Shown piece after piece: positions 11,216 through 24,810 of a stretch of DNA of 64,000 nt. Numbering within the stretch: the stretch's first letter is position 1; each line of letters starts with the position of its first letter. This stretch comes from Perna viridis (lineage: Eukaryota): NCBI GenBank assembly GCA_037379345.1, contig CM074517.1:43380500-43444499 (forward strand), in the 5' to 3' direction. Both the position numbers and the translations under genes were made by a program. Under the pieces are notes generated by a model. It did not search any database and had not been told where the DNA came from. It saw only the letters and a program-made list of their open reading frames with translations.

Positions 11216-14200
11216 CTTGAAAATATTGCAATTTTCAGTTTAAGTACCAATACAGTTTGAAAAATTTACCAAAAAAGTAAATTGGTTTACAATTAATCAA
11301 GGAAATCTTTTTGCTCTGTATGAATTCAAGTCTTTTGAGTCTTAAACAAGTAACACTTAAGGTGCAAGTTACTAGATATATCTGTACATCTGCATAAATA
11401 AAAATCAACATGTACATGTAGTGATTTAAGAGGGTACTGAAGAATAGGAAATCTTTTTACCACCTAAACCATAGGGTATTTCCAATCAATTTTCTTCTGC
11501 AAAATTTAAGACTATTGTCTAAATTGTGTCATGTCTTTCTTCAAGGAAATACTCTTTACATTTTACTACCATGAAAATAGCCAAAAAAAGACACCATGAA
11601 AAAAAAAAAAATTGTCACCACAAGAAGTTTAGTCTACAAGACCTATGTTACTTAATATCAATTCAAAAACAAAGTAAATTTTTTTGATAAGATGTCTGAA
11701 AGTCAGAGCATCCTTATAATAACTTTTTCTTCCTCAAATCCACTCAAACTTCAGAAATGAAGGTCATAAGGATAATCTCAACTTTGGACTTCAGTTTGGA
11801 GTCCATAACCTATACCAAGTTCACTAGAAGCTGTTGTATGCTAAAGTGATTAAAACTGATTGGTATTTAAGCTTTCTTATTTATGTTTTTTTGATAAACA
11901 TCTGCAGAAAGAGTGTCAGTAGTAGAATGCCTGCTATGACATTATTACATCCATGTGTCTATCATTTTATCTTGGATTATCATCTCTTAAAAAAAAACAT
12001 TGAATGGACAAAGAGCAAACCTGTTGGTGATATATTCTAAAACATGGACTGGTCATTATCACTGGAAAAAAAAGGATGTTTGTGGTGAAGTATATAAACA
12101 TAAGATACTTAAAACTATCAATATTTGATGAAAGGAACTGACTGTTTCCTAAAACATTATTTTTCATTACCAAATAAAACAAGGGTGACTTAAATGAAAA
12201 ATAAATCAAGCAATATGATGGACCCAGACGAGTCATGTATTAATGGAATATGATAGGGATGGTATCACCAACTAATACTGATTCAAGTCAGAGACATAAT
12301 TATTCATAGGGTAAACTAAGGGCAATAACACAGATTCTTAAAAATGCCTACATAGTTTGTGGTAATGTATTCGACTCAAGTGCTGGAGGTTGTGGGCTCA
12401 ACGACTTTAAAATTGGTAAAGCACTTTGCATATCAAAGACAGAGGGTCAATTGGTTGGCTTAAATAATTTTTCCCTGTGGGAGGAAATTCTTACTTGAAG
12501 GCTATTGCTTCTGCACATTAAATATTTGGCTTAGTGTGTCAAACTAGTACTAAGATTAAACGATTTCATCCTGAACTGCATGAAATATGTCATAGAACTT
12601 TAAATTATACTATGTCCTTCACCAAAATTTTCACAATTTATTCAGTTCAGAATATCACAACTCAAATTTGCTTTTTTACAGTTTTCAATGAAAATTCTAA
12701 CAAATCATCTGTAACCCATTAATATTTACTGTGTTACTGTACAAGATTACTGTATTATCAATTTGATAACCATACACAGAATTCCACACTAAACAGATTA
12801 CCCCATGTTTCAGACAAGCCAACCTCTTGACTTTCTCAAGTGTTGACTGACAACAAAGCTCCTAAGCGTGCCAAAAGAGCAGGCTTCTGTTTTAATGTCA
12901 TGACTCCAATATTGTTTATATTACAGTAGACAGTTTATTAGTGTCAAGAAAAATATATGGGTAACATTGAGCAGTAAATATAAGCATTTTTTCACAATGT
13001 AATTTTTTCTGTTAAAATCTCTTCATCATTATTTACTGCGGTGATGGCTCCTGATATTCATGAGCCTAAACATTTAGTGGAATAGTTACGATCTCTTGAA
13101 TATATAAAAACAGCAACCTTTTCTGCATACAATACATACAGCAAACATATAAATGATCACGAATGTTGTCAAGTAAACAAAATATTGTGGTTTCAATATT
13201 TTTTAGCATTATATAGTGTGAAAAACCATTTACAAGGGTACTATCTTTCGTGGCTTAATGTCCGCTATGAAAATAGTGAAAGTCAGTACATTGTGAAAAT
13301 CAATATGTTTACAGAAATCTCTACTTTTTTATTGTCTTTATAAAATTTTTGTGACATCCTGAACTTGAACATTTTTGTACATAGTAAACTATCTTAAAGT
13401 ACAGAAATAAACAGAATAGAAATACATGTATTTACATTGTTAGTTTTTTCTCAATGTGGTATAGAATTTCAAAGAAGAAAGTGTTGAGTTCAGGAGTTGA
13501 ACAGTATTGTATGCATAACATAACTTTTTTTATTCAGAAAATTCTAAATATTTCACCAGTTGTTAATTTGAAACTCAATACTCCTAAAACACTCATAACT
13601 GCTATTTTCAAGATGGCCCATTAAATCTGTATCTTAAATATGGAAACAATTATTCTAATTAGACAGATAGTAACAAATGTTTCATAGGTATTATAATATA
13701 ATGAGCAGAGATATATCTAAATATCAAATTCCTACAAAGGTTTTAATTCCCTATCATAAGTCATGTGTTGAAAATTAGGAGTAAAATGAAACCATTGCAG
13801 GGAAGATTATTTCAACAGTATATAGTATTTAGGTGGTTACAGAAAAACATACTTTGAAAGGTCACAGGGAACAAAAACTTGTGACCTTTGTGGTTTCATT
13901 TATCAACTTAATTAGAAACCTGACAAAAAAAGAGAGTATTCCAAGCTGACAATGTAAAAGTCTAATAAAAACAAAATGTGTAGAAATATGGATTGGACAA
14001 CCCCAACAATCAAATCCATAATTAAGCAATATATTATAGTACCATTGATTTTTTTGTCTTATAATCTCTTAACTTCATATTATAGGCAAATCAATGTGCA
14101 ATTTTCATTTAATTCCATCAGGCCAACAAAAGTTAAATAAAAAGCTTTGTGGAGCACCGCATGATACGACAACAGTGGTTGAACCCTGAACGGTTGGAGC

Positions 14201-15629
14201 ATGAGTGGTAACAGTAGTAGTTTTTGACTTACAATTTATTATGGTCACAACAACTGGTTTGCATGCTATATTGCAGAAAATTGGAAATTCATATAAAAAT
14301 GATCATAATCAGGCCAAAATTAAAAAGTTACTGTTCTGGGGTGGGGATCCCTTTGACCTCTTATTACTCAACAATCATTAACGACATCTGTAATCTGATT
14401 GGAAAACACAGGTGGGGATTTTCTTAATCCAATAATAAAACATTTTTTAATCAGACCAATAATAAAAATATCGATATTGGGGTGTGGCTCCTTTGACCCC
14501 TTAAAATCTTGAAAACAGTAAGAGATATCTGAAATTTGATGGAAAAATGGAACAGATGCAGGCATTTTATATTTGGCAATGAAGCCAGCAAGAAAAGGTT
14601 TATAGTGAGAGCCAGAAAATAGCCAGATAAAACGAGAATTAGATACAGAAGGATTGTCTACTTTTTGCTACAATGTTTTGGCTGGACTTGCAAAAAGCTG
14701 TGTAGCTACATACTGAACATAAAACTCTTATTGGACTAAGGAACATTGGCAGCTAATGTTAGAACCATATACTGTTTGATAAAATGTTATTTTTAAACTT
14801 TGTGTGAGGTATATATTGTGATTATGGTATCTGTCCATCCATTCGTTCATCCACAGCTTTTTCGTTACAGTTTTTTCTGCAACTACTATTCAGTAACCAT
14901 AGGTACTTGATATTTTAACAAAAGCTTTACATAGGTTTGTCATATTGTGGGATTCAATTTCAGACTGAAAGATGAACTTCATGTCTGACGACTGTTAATA
15001 CTATCATGGGGAGCAGGGTTACCCTTATTTTGTTCCCGTTGTTTTGAAATCAGCTTATAACTTTAAGGAATGAGTCAGATTCTACCGGTACACTAATGAT
15101 TACAGGTACAATATGGTAATTGATATTCTACCTGCTTCACTCATCAAATTCATAATCTTAAAAAAAAAAAGCAACCTCTAAAAAATTTTTAATCTGATTA
15201 ATTTTTACCCACTGACACAGAAACCATTAATGGACACCTTTAAGATTATTTTTGGTATCACTGCCAGAGCACTGTGCCAGAATTATGTCAGCATCTAAAT
15301 ACAGCACTGGCATTACCTCAAATATCTTCTACTACAATCTTACACCCAAGTTACGTTGTTTTTCTGATTAATTAAGCTCATTTAATTAAATCTTATTCAT
15401 TGACATGAAAGAGGTATACACCCATAAGACAATGCCCCATTTATTTTTGTATGAATTAAAAAATGACAATTACAAATATGCATGGTAAAATATCAGGAGA
15501 ATATCATTGGGTTTTGGGCAAATTCTTCCACAAAATGAGAGGTCTTTACTCACATAGTTCAAATCATCACCTAATTAATTACAAGTACAGTACTAAATGA
15601 ATATTTTTTTCCATTGACTTACCAAATAC

Positions 15630-16270
15630 TCACTCAATGACAAGAATTTACTCACTAAAGGACCAACCACAACTCCCTCAATAACAAGTTCTTACTCACT
15701 AAAGGACCAACCATAACTCTCTCATTTACAAGTCCTTGCTCACTAAAGGCCAACCATAACTCCCTCAATAACAAGTGGTTGCTCATTAAAGGATCAACTA
15801 TAACTCCCCTCAATTACAAATCCTTGCTCACTAAAAGACCAACCATTAGGCTCTCATTTATAAGTCCTTGCTCACTAAAAGACTGACCATTAGGCTCTCA
15901 TTTATAAGTCCTTGCTCACTAAAGGACCAACCATTACTTCCTCAATTACAAGTTCATGCTCTCTAAAGGACCAACCATAAGACCCTCAATCACAAGTACT
16001 CACTCACTAAAGGACCAACCATAAGACCCTCAATCACAAGTACTCACTCACTAAAGGACCAACCATAAGACCCTCAATCACAAGTACTCACTCACTAAAG
16101 GACCAACCATAAGACCCTCAATCACAAGTCCTCACTCAATAAAGGATCAACTATAACTTCCTCAAATACTAGTTCTTAGTTTTTAAAGGACCAACCATTA
16201 TTTTCTCAATTATAAGTCTTTGCTCACTAAAGGACCAACCATAAATCTCATTTACAAGTCCTTGCTCACT
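15630..16270. repeat. 44-bp minisatellite, ~14 copies (CTCACTAAAGGACCAACCATAAGACCCTCAATCACAAGTACTCA)
   Basis: Period 44 (e.g. TAAAGGA at 15964 and 16008). Confidence 0.95.
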
Positions 16271-17394
16271 GCTGCTCTTTATGCAGAGACAGTCTTCTCT
16301 AATTTCAGCAAACTGAACCATTTCTCAGCACTAGTAAACGGAAAGGGCTTAAAAATTTCATAAATTTATAATTAACCATCTTAATTGGAGAAATCTGATT
16401 ATCTACTTACTACAATGTCAGAAGTCAAATTTCTTTTGTAGTTCGTGTCTATGTTTTTAATATAGATTTCCTAAATATTCTCTAAGTTAAACCTAACTAT
16501 GTTTACAAGCACATTTTGTAAATTTTGTATGAATTCATGATGGGCCATTAAAAAATAATCGTTTGAAATAAACTCTTATTAGAAGTTTTCACAATTGTAA
16601 TGTAATTTTCAGATGAAGGTAGAACTAATTAAGTTGCAACAAATGTATTAAACCAAAGAGATATAGGAACCACTAGTGTTTAAACATCTTTTCATGGAAA
16701 ATTTTCCCACAGTTTTCTATGAAAACAAATAGTACCGGTGCCAAATTTGTGACGTTAAAGGGTCTATGATGCTTTGTCATAAACAGATTATGAAATATAA
16801 CCTACAAACATTATGTAAACAGAGAGAAGTGAGTACTGCCAAATATTTTTTTTCAGAAATTTTCACTCTAGGAATTTTCTCATTTCATCCTAAGGAATCA
16901 TATGATATTGTGTTATTTCGGGCTGACAGTGTCCCAAAAACCACTACGCAACCGAAATGATCACTTTGCCAAGACACTTATGTTATTAAATAATATGATC
17001 ATGTGTTTTACCGAAAACATTTCCACACCTTGCTTCATCCTAGCTAAAAAATGTTTCATGCAGCTCGGTTTTTGAACCATCCAAATAGCTGCTCCCTTTA
17101 CAATACAGTGAAGTCTACTTGAACTGAATCTTTGATGAAACAGCAACCTAATGTTAAATTCAGGCATGGTCTTAAAATTTATTTGTTAATATTAGTACAT
17201 TTTGAATTTGTGTAAATCAAATGCCTGCATAGCTTAAACAAAACTTCCAGTCTGAAAACAGTATGGTTTAGATCGTTTTATAAAAACCATGGATGCTCTC
17301 ACTATAGGGCAATTGCGACTTTTCATGGTGGGGCCCTAATTACTTATTACTGAATAATTAGAGTACTGTGCTGAAATGATTGCAAAGAGCAATA

Positions 17395-17716
17395 TGACCC
17401 GAGTAGAACACTACTTCAGTACATCAAGGTCGGACCTGAGGAGAACACTACTTCAGTACATCAAGTTAGGACCCGAAGAGAACACTACTTCAGTACATCA
17501 AGGCAGGGCCCAAGGAGAACACTACATCAGTAGGGACCAAAGGAGAACACTACCTCAGTACATCAAGGTAGGACCCGAGGAGAACACTACTTCAGTACAT
17601 CAAGGTAGGACCTGAGGAGAACACTACCTCAGTACATCAAGGTAGGACCAAAGCAGAACACTAGTTCAGAACATCAATGTAGCACCCGAAGAGAACACTA
17701 CTTCAGTACATTAAGG
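17395..17716. repeat. 37-bp minisatellite, ~8-9 copies (GAGAACACTACTTCAGTACATCAAGGTAGGACCYGAG)
   Basis: Period 37 (17441, 17478). One unit is internally deleted. Confidence 0.95.
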
Positions 17717-20700
17717 CACAAGAGATTAAAAATTTCATTGCTTACTATATATATTTTTTAATGAAAATTCTTGATCATCGACCTCTCTCCAAGGTAGATC
17801 TTATAATTTTTTTAGAAAGTCCATTAAATTCTAACATTACTTGTACAAAGAGCAAAGAGCTATATGAACTGAGGATAACATCAATGTGCAAGATTCAAAA
17901 ATTACAATTTCAATATAAGAAAACTCTGGACCATCAAACATTACATTAACATAACTCTTTCAAAGGTTCATTTTCTAATTTTTAAGAAAGTCTTTAAGTT
18001 CTTTTCCCCAAATTTTAAAATTAATTGTATACACAGCATCAATGAAAAAATGCTTCTTAAATTTAATTAAATTAAGAAAATGACTGTCCTGCATCAAAAA
18101 ACAATATGGGTTGGGGGAGAACACTAGTTCATTGTGCAAGAACTTAAAAAATTCATGATTGACCATACAATTTTTTCACAAGAAAACTCTACATCATCAT
18201 CCTTTCATTCTTTCCATAGCAGATCTTCTAAACTTTTCACCAAAAAAAATCCTTCAAAATTCTTCTCCCCAAATTTCAATATAAAATGTATACACAGCAT
18301 CAATGAACAACCTTAATGCCTTATACCTTTCCATTTCTCACTAAAGAAGCATTATATTCATTGTAAACAACATGCAAGCTTGTTGAATATCTTAACACAG
18401 GATTACACTGCAACAATTTTTATTATTCAATTTACGAATTCTTGGTCTAAATTTACTATTTATCACCTATAAAACACACTGTGCAAGGAAGTCATAAATT
18501 TAACACCTGAATTCAAATTAGATACAAGCTATATAGTCATACCTTTAAAAATGTATAAAAATGAAAATACTACTGGCTGACTGCTTCTTACTTTACAATT
18601 TCCTACATATGAGTCTCAAATTTATAACAGTTTTCTATGTTATTTTCTTTTAATCATAAAGGAACCTCGCTAGACCATGGACTTCAAGTTTAGTTTCACT
18701 TTGTCCAGCTGGTCAACATTTTTCCCCCAACCAGATCATGTTTAACAGGGCATTTGTCAAACCCTAAGGGAGCAACCATTGATTTTTTTAGGGGGAGGGG
18801 TTCTGGAGGATCTTTTTGTTTTATTGCTATTTCTGGTCTGCCTTCTTATCAAATCTTTCCTACTTAAAAATTGATGGTTTCCTCATTTCATTTCAATCCA
18901 AGACAAAGCAACTAATAAAATTTTTAAAAAAATTTTTTGCAACTCCTTTTCAAAAATGTAAGTAGCACTCCACAAAAGAATCATGCAAAATGTGATTCAT
19001 GGTTGGAAAGCCTACATATTTTTATTTTTGATATTTTGTTTAAAATGTTACAGTAAACAGAAAGTAACTTGTGGTTTTTCATATAATCCTTGTTCTTGGG
19101 AAATAAAAATTATATATAATGTACTGTAGAATTCAAAATTAAGGGAGATAACTCAGTAAATTACAATAAATTACAATAGAAAATGTTGGATTTTCAATGT
19201 GGATTTTCTCCTAAGAGCAGACTGATTGGAACGAATAATTATTTATTTCATCATAAAGACCTATAAAACAACTTAATAACAAAAAAAAAAATATGTAGCC
19301 TTTTTTGGAGTGTGTCACATGTTACAGAATTTGCATCATTCTTAAAAAGACTGCTACTTAAATTGATAGTACATTTTTTTAAATTAAGTTGAAAACAACT
19401 TGATCTCAGACCAAATAAACTTAAATGGTAGATTCTCATCCAACATTACAAAAAAAATATGTAGTGGGAGGAAGGATCTTTTTCTTTTTTTTTTATTTCC
19501 TAGCAGATATAGACTAGCCTTATTTTAGTAATTTGAAGTATAGATATGTTTTAATCCATAGACACATTAGTTTCAGAGAAGAAACATCATCTTAGTCACC
19601 AAGAAATTGAAAGATTTGTGAGTTAAAATATCTCAATACTAGATACTAATGCCAAAAAAAATCTTGCTTTTGAAATTCCCACCCAATTTAAAAAAAAATT
19701 TGTAAATTTTTAGGGGCAGGAGAGGATGAGAATCTACTTATTAATTTTATTTGGCCTTATTTTGACAGAATATGCAAAATCTAGTGTTAAAAAAATTTAA
19801 TGAACTCTGATTGTCAAAATACAATATGCACTTGAAGTCTTAAATAAAATTTACGCTTAAAAGTACAAAATGTTTGATAAAATCAAGTTGAAATACAATA
19901 CTTTTTAAGGTATATTTGAACTGTGAGTAGACAAACATTTGTAACATATCTATGTAAGTAAAAGGTAAGTAGAACCAATCTAAAGTTTAGTCATGCAAAC
20001 ACACTATATGACAACTTTTTATTCATGCCACGTGCCTTGTCGTTTTCATTTCTATAAATGCAATGTGGAATGCGTCACCCATACGCAAAAGACGTTATAT
20101 TAAATCTTTACATAGATTTTAATGAGATCTCTATGCAAAAAAGAATTTCATTTCATTCAAAGATATAATTAAACATTGGTACAATGTTGATTTGGGAGAG
20201 TGAGTAAATAAAAAGTCCAATTATAAATTTGGTTAAAACCACGTAGGTAACATCTATTACTACATTAAAAATCGGATGATTTATAAAGAACCAAATTAAA
20301 ATACAAATTTGTTCATATAATTAAATCTCTATTCTTTTATTTCAAATGCAAGGGGGCAAAAGTTACACTTCCTCAGCTGAACAAAAGAAAATGTTCTATG
20401 ATTAATATAGTAGCCAGTGCAGGTGGGTCAGTGACTCTGCTTTTAGGATTAGGCATTAAGCCATTCTTTCAGTCCAGTATTTCTCAGCTAACTGAAACAG
20501 CTACACCTGCTCTCTAATAGTGTAATTGCATTGAAAATTAAAGAATATTTTAAATACTCAAATTTAAATACAAACAAATTCTATTTTTTTCACAAATTCA
20601 AGAGTTATGCCAGCTTCCAATGGAGGCATTTATCTGAAAATGTAATTTACCAGAATACTTAAGCTTCAACACATTAAGGACTTTTGATTTTCCAAAAGTG

Positions 20701-20779
20701 GACCATTATTTTGAAACTCGGCAAAGTCCAAGGCATTCAACTCTAGAAATGAAAATTGAATCCCTGTAACATTCTGACT

Positions 20780-21025
20780 TTTTATGAGCAACTCGGCAGG
20801 TGTTCCTAGAAAAGCAGAGGATGCTTACCCTACCGGTGCACCTGGTCTATGTCCCAGTTTTTAGTGGAGTCTGAGTTGCTCATTTGCTTTTGTGGCTTTG
20901 TATGTATGATTTTAGTTACTTTATGTTCTTTGTTGTGTGTGTCTGTTTTCCATGTCTGGTCTTTGTCCCTGGATTGCATTCTTTTGATTACTGCTATAAC
21001 CTTGGTTCTCTTGATTACTCTTTTA
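20780..21025 (+). mobile_element. Interspersed SINE-like repeat family A, longest copy
   Basis: Homologous to 47931-48101 (-), 27953-28125 (-) and a decayed copy at about 2340-2452 (+). Confidence 0.75.
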
Positions 21026-21899
21026 AACAGTTCACACAATTTCAGCTTATCCACCTCATGTGATCACTGAATTATGTGTTACAGCTCTTTGTTGTTCTTA
21101 TGAAGAATTTCTTTTGATCATTTCCATCAATATCAATGGTTTAATAATTCTTTCAATCTCTGAACTGCTTAAACAGAGTACTGATATTCTTCAGAGCTGA
21201 AAGACTAATTCATTATCTAAATGCTACAAATTAGGTTAACCATGAATATTGATTATTAAGTAAATCACCATTAGACCAATGTCTTCTCCCGACCCCTATC
21301 ATTAAAAGGTGACGATCTCACTTCTAACTTTTATCACAGGTGATGATTCCAACAATCTGTACAAAGGAAACATGACAAGAACTTCCATTGTCCAAAGATG
21401 AGACTGAACTCCAATTGATTACTTGCATAAAAGGGTGCCATAATTTCTGCAATGGTCATCCAAGATCAAAGAACTCATGCTAATAAGGTCATTAAAGAGC
21501 ACAAGGCTGTAAATTACAGTGACCGATACACAGGTCAAGAGCTCACTTCTCAACTGGGGTGACAGATTTTAAAATTGAGGCAGTGTGATTTAATATAACA
21601 ACATGTAATCAATTCAAAGTTAAAATCAAGTTAACACTAACTATAGGAAGATTGATTGCATTGTAAGGTATAGTTACAACTAGACAACATTGGTAATTAT
21701 TTGAAATAGTACCAAAGCTCAAAATTACAGATTACATAAAGACAAGACATGTTGTGACAGATTTAAAAAGAGAACATAGTTCAGGTAGATGCACTCAATT
21801 TAACGTAACAGTTTAAAGTTTGTTCTTTTCTCCTTTAATTACTAAAAATTTGAAATTATAGTGTGAAAGGACAGTAGTTAGACATTCTTGATTAAAGAT

Positions 21900-22411
21900 T
21901 TTGTTTGTTGTTTATTGCCCGAGCAGCAATATTTCAGCTATATTCAGACAATGAACATGAAATGGATGATAAAATGAACATGAAATGATGATGAAATGAA
22001 AAATGGGATGGGACACAAGGATAATGGGGTTGACAAATTTTGATTGCCACAGGAAATAGGGAGAGGTGGGTAGGGTCAGGCAATTTAGCCTCCTGTGGTG
22101 GAACCCTATGGTTCCTACTCCAGGAGAATATCACAGTAGGGTTTTTAACATGCGAAGAACATGGCATCTTTCCCAACATGGTGCACCACTATGGTTTGCG
22201 GTCAGTTTTTCCGTATTATATATAGCCTGACAACCCCAGCATGTAACACACCAGGGGTACCCCATTCCACCACCTGGGGCACACAACCCAGTTGCTCTGT
22301 GGTCAGAGTGCCCTAGCCCCCAGCTAGGGTTCTGAGCACTATCTAGTCGCCTTTTACGACAAGCTTAGCGCCACTGCAGGCCTATTCTTTTGACACCCGG
22401 ACCCGCACGGG
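21900..22411 (-). mobile_element. 512-bp non-autonomous non-LTR retroposon (SINE-like) with 15-bp TSD
   Basis: TTCTTGATTAAAGAT duplicated at 21885-21899 and 22412-22426. GC-rich structured head and an A/C-rich short-repeat tail (AAACAACAAACAAA). Confidence 0.88.
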
Positions 22412-24549
22412 TTCTTGATTAAAGATAAGTTAGTCTTTGAGAAAGGGAGGAATGTGTTAGGACATTATGTGACTTTAGAGTTATTATTTATCATTGTAAT
22501 CATTGATTGTAGTTTCTTATACATGTACAGGGGCTTCATACTGTGAAAATACTTTAATTCATGGATAATTTTCGTGGATTAGGGAAAAAACACAAGTTTG
22601 TGATACACATCAATAAAAATCTCCTTTTTGATGGGAATAAAATTTCATGGATTGGCCTTCCCATGTAAACCACCAAAACTGGCTACTAAATTCTTCTGCT
22701 GCAAGCCCTTGATTATAGGTTTGTTATTAAAATGAAAATTGTCAAAAATAATCCATGATAACTTGAAAGTTAATAAATGGCCAGGAAAGTTTACCCTGAA
22801 ATCAATCTAAAATAATCATTTAATCAGTGAAGTTTAGAAGTAACATCAGTCAAGTTTTCATTCTTTAGAAAGAGAAAAAGATCTCAATTAAATTCAAGAT
22901 TTAAACAAAACCAAAATTTGACATTCTTTCACATTTCATACCCTGAGATTACAATGCAATCTTATGATTAAGTACTTCACCTCACAGTTGAGCAAATATT
23001 AGAAATAATAACAATGAGAGAAAGGTTACAAAAGTCATGTATGATAAACATCATAAAATTAAAACAAATAAATGATAAGAAAATAAATTACAAAGATACC
23101 CACCATTGCCATTAAGTAACACTTTTTAGAAACTTTGCCCACATTCTTATGACATGACATATAAAGGCCATGAGATCACAAAGTCTCTATATCTAATTAA
23201 TTTAACCCTGTGCATGCTTAGATATTGTATCTAAGTAACTTATCACAGCCAACACAAAAGCTAACTTAATACCACCCCTAATATAATATATAGTAAAATC
23301 TGTATCATATGCTATATTGTCCAGAGATATATTTTTTTGCATGAGAGCCTATGGCTTGAGGGCTGATATTGTTTAAGGATGATACAGCATGTGATACATG
23401 ACTTGGTCATGTCAAATACATCTATCATACATTTAAAATAGGAAAGTATTACAATATGAAAACTGTCCTAGGGACCCTGTAACTAATATGTTAGAGAATT
23501 TCGAGAAGAGGGTGCAACAAAGATTCAGCCATGCAATGAAGGGTGTGATAAAGTTTAGCCATGTGATACAGGGTGAAATGTCACAATGTTTGATAAGTGT
23601 CAAACTTCTAGACTTGATCATGTATTCAAAACTATTAACTTTATGATAAATGTTTAATAACATACAATAAAATGTTCAAAACATTGTTTCTCATTTTGCA
23701 AGATGCTGCTTTCTAGTAATAAATAAGCATTTAACTGAAATTCTAGGCATATGCAACACACCTTATTATGAAAGAGCTTTTAAGTGTTTGAATTAATTTA
23801 TTTGAAAAATACAAATATGGTATACAAATACATGTAAACAAAAATTGATATTGTAAAATACAATGTTAAATATTATTTTCTCCAATGCCTCAAGCATGGA
23901 GTGGTATGTGTCTATTTCATTCCATCTGGACCCCTTTCATATCTTTTTGACCCTTTACCCCTTGTGATGATTTAGAATGCTTCCTGTTTATATGACATTG
24001 TTGACCTTTACATCAAATGAACATGACCTGGAATAGCAACCTATCTGGGTGCAACATTTTCAATCACAACCTAATTACAAAACAATGCTTTTTGATTTAA
24101 TTAAAGGTGAAAAACTAGTGACATAAATGTGTCCCTTGACAAGCCACATCATAAAATGGAGACCATGATGATGGAAAAAAAATCTTTAATCAAACTTGCC
24201 AAGTCATGATGCGACATCGCCTTTTGTTCTAACCCTTACAAAAATAAACTCAAGGGAAGGTTTACATACACAGGCATGCTTTATTGGGACCGAAAAAAAG
24301 ATATTTCAGAAATTTGCTCATTCAGTGTGCTATCAAGAACTTTCATTATGTCTTAGAAAATGCATTTTAAACTTAATTTTTCCTCATTGATTAATATCAA
24401 AGCAGTGAATTTATTATTGAAATTCTGAAGTGTTTATTCCAGTTCCTAGTCTTAATCAGTCTAAGAGGAAAATATCAAAATATTCTGTAAAGCAAATTTT
24501 GAATGAGACTTGTATGTGTCTATGGTCCAAACAAAAAGAGGATATAAAG

Positions 24550-24810
24550 GAGGAAGATTAAGTACATACCTTATGCAAAGTTTAAAGATAATCATGTTAG
24601 GGAAAACTATTTATCTATTATCAAAAGTTTTGAACTCAGGAGAAGCCTGAGTAAATATCAAATTTCTGCATACCACCTTTAAATTGAATCATGTAGCTAT
24701 AAAAATACACATTCAACAAACTTTGAAAGGATATGTCATCATTGCAGCTCTGGTGAGGTAGAAGATGAAATACATTTCCTATTTCACTGTCCAAAGTATG
24801 ATAGAAAACA
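24550..24810 (+). pseudogene. Degenerate LINE ORF2 C-terminal fragment (CCHC-type motif)
   Basis: GRLSTY, then a frameshift, then KFKDNHVRENYLSIIKSFELRRSLSKYQISAYHL*IESCSY...ERICHHCSSGEVEDEIHFLFHCPKY. This resembles the KLRTY...FRISxHxLxIExGRY...CxxC...EDExHFLxxCPxY tail of non-LTR ORF2. In-frame TAA at 24680. Confidence 0.8.

Noticed and set aside
12355-12550. tRNA-like sequence
   Set aside because: No cloverleaf can be built. At most it is a heavily decayed SINE head.
13905-13940. Strong minus-strand acceptor CTCTTTTTTTGTCAG|GTTTCT as a recursive splice site or hidden IMP3 exon
   Set aside because: The regenerated donor is weak, no coding similarity follows, and IMP3 is already complete. 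It would need RNA-seq evidence.
15493-15570. Possible intronic C/D snoRNA on - (GTGATGA...CTGA, 78 nt)
   Set aside because: No terminal stem and no recognisable rRNA-complementary guide, so box spacing alone is compatible with chance.
15630-17716. 44-bp and 37-bp arrays as CRISPR-like arrays
   Set aside because: Units are head-to-tail and homologous over their whole length, with no unique spacers and no cas genes. The context is a eukaryotic intron.
22280-22411. Canonical HDV-like, hammerhead or twister ribozyme in the retroposon head
   Set aside because: I could not place the required pseudoknot or catalytic core motifs by eye, so it is reported only as an unexplained structured head.
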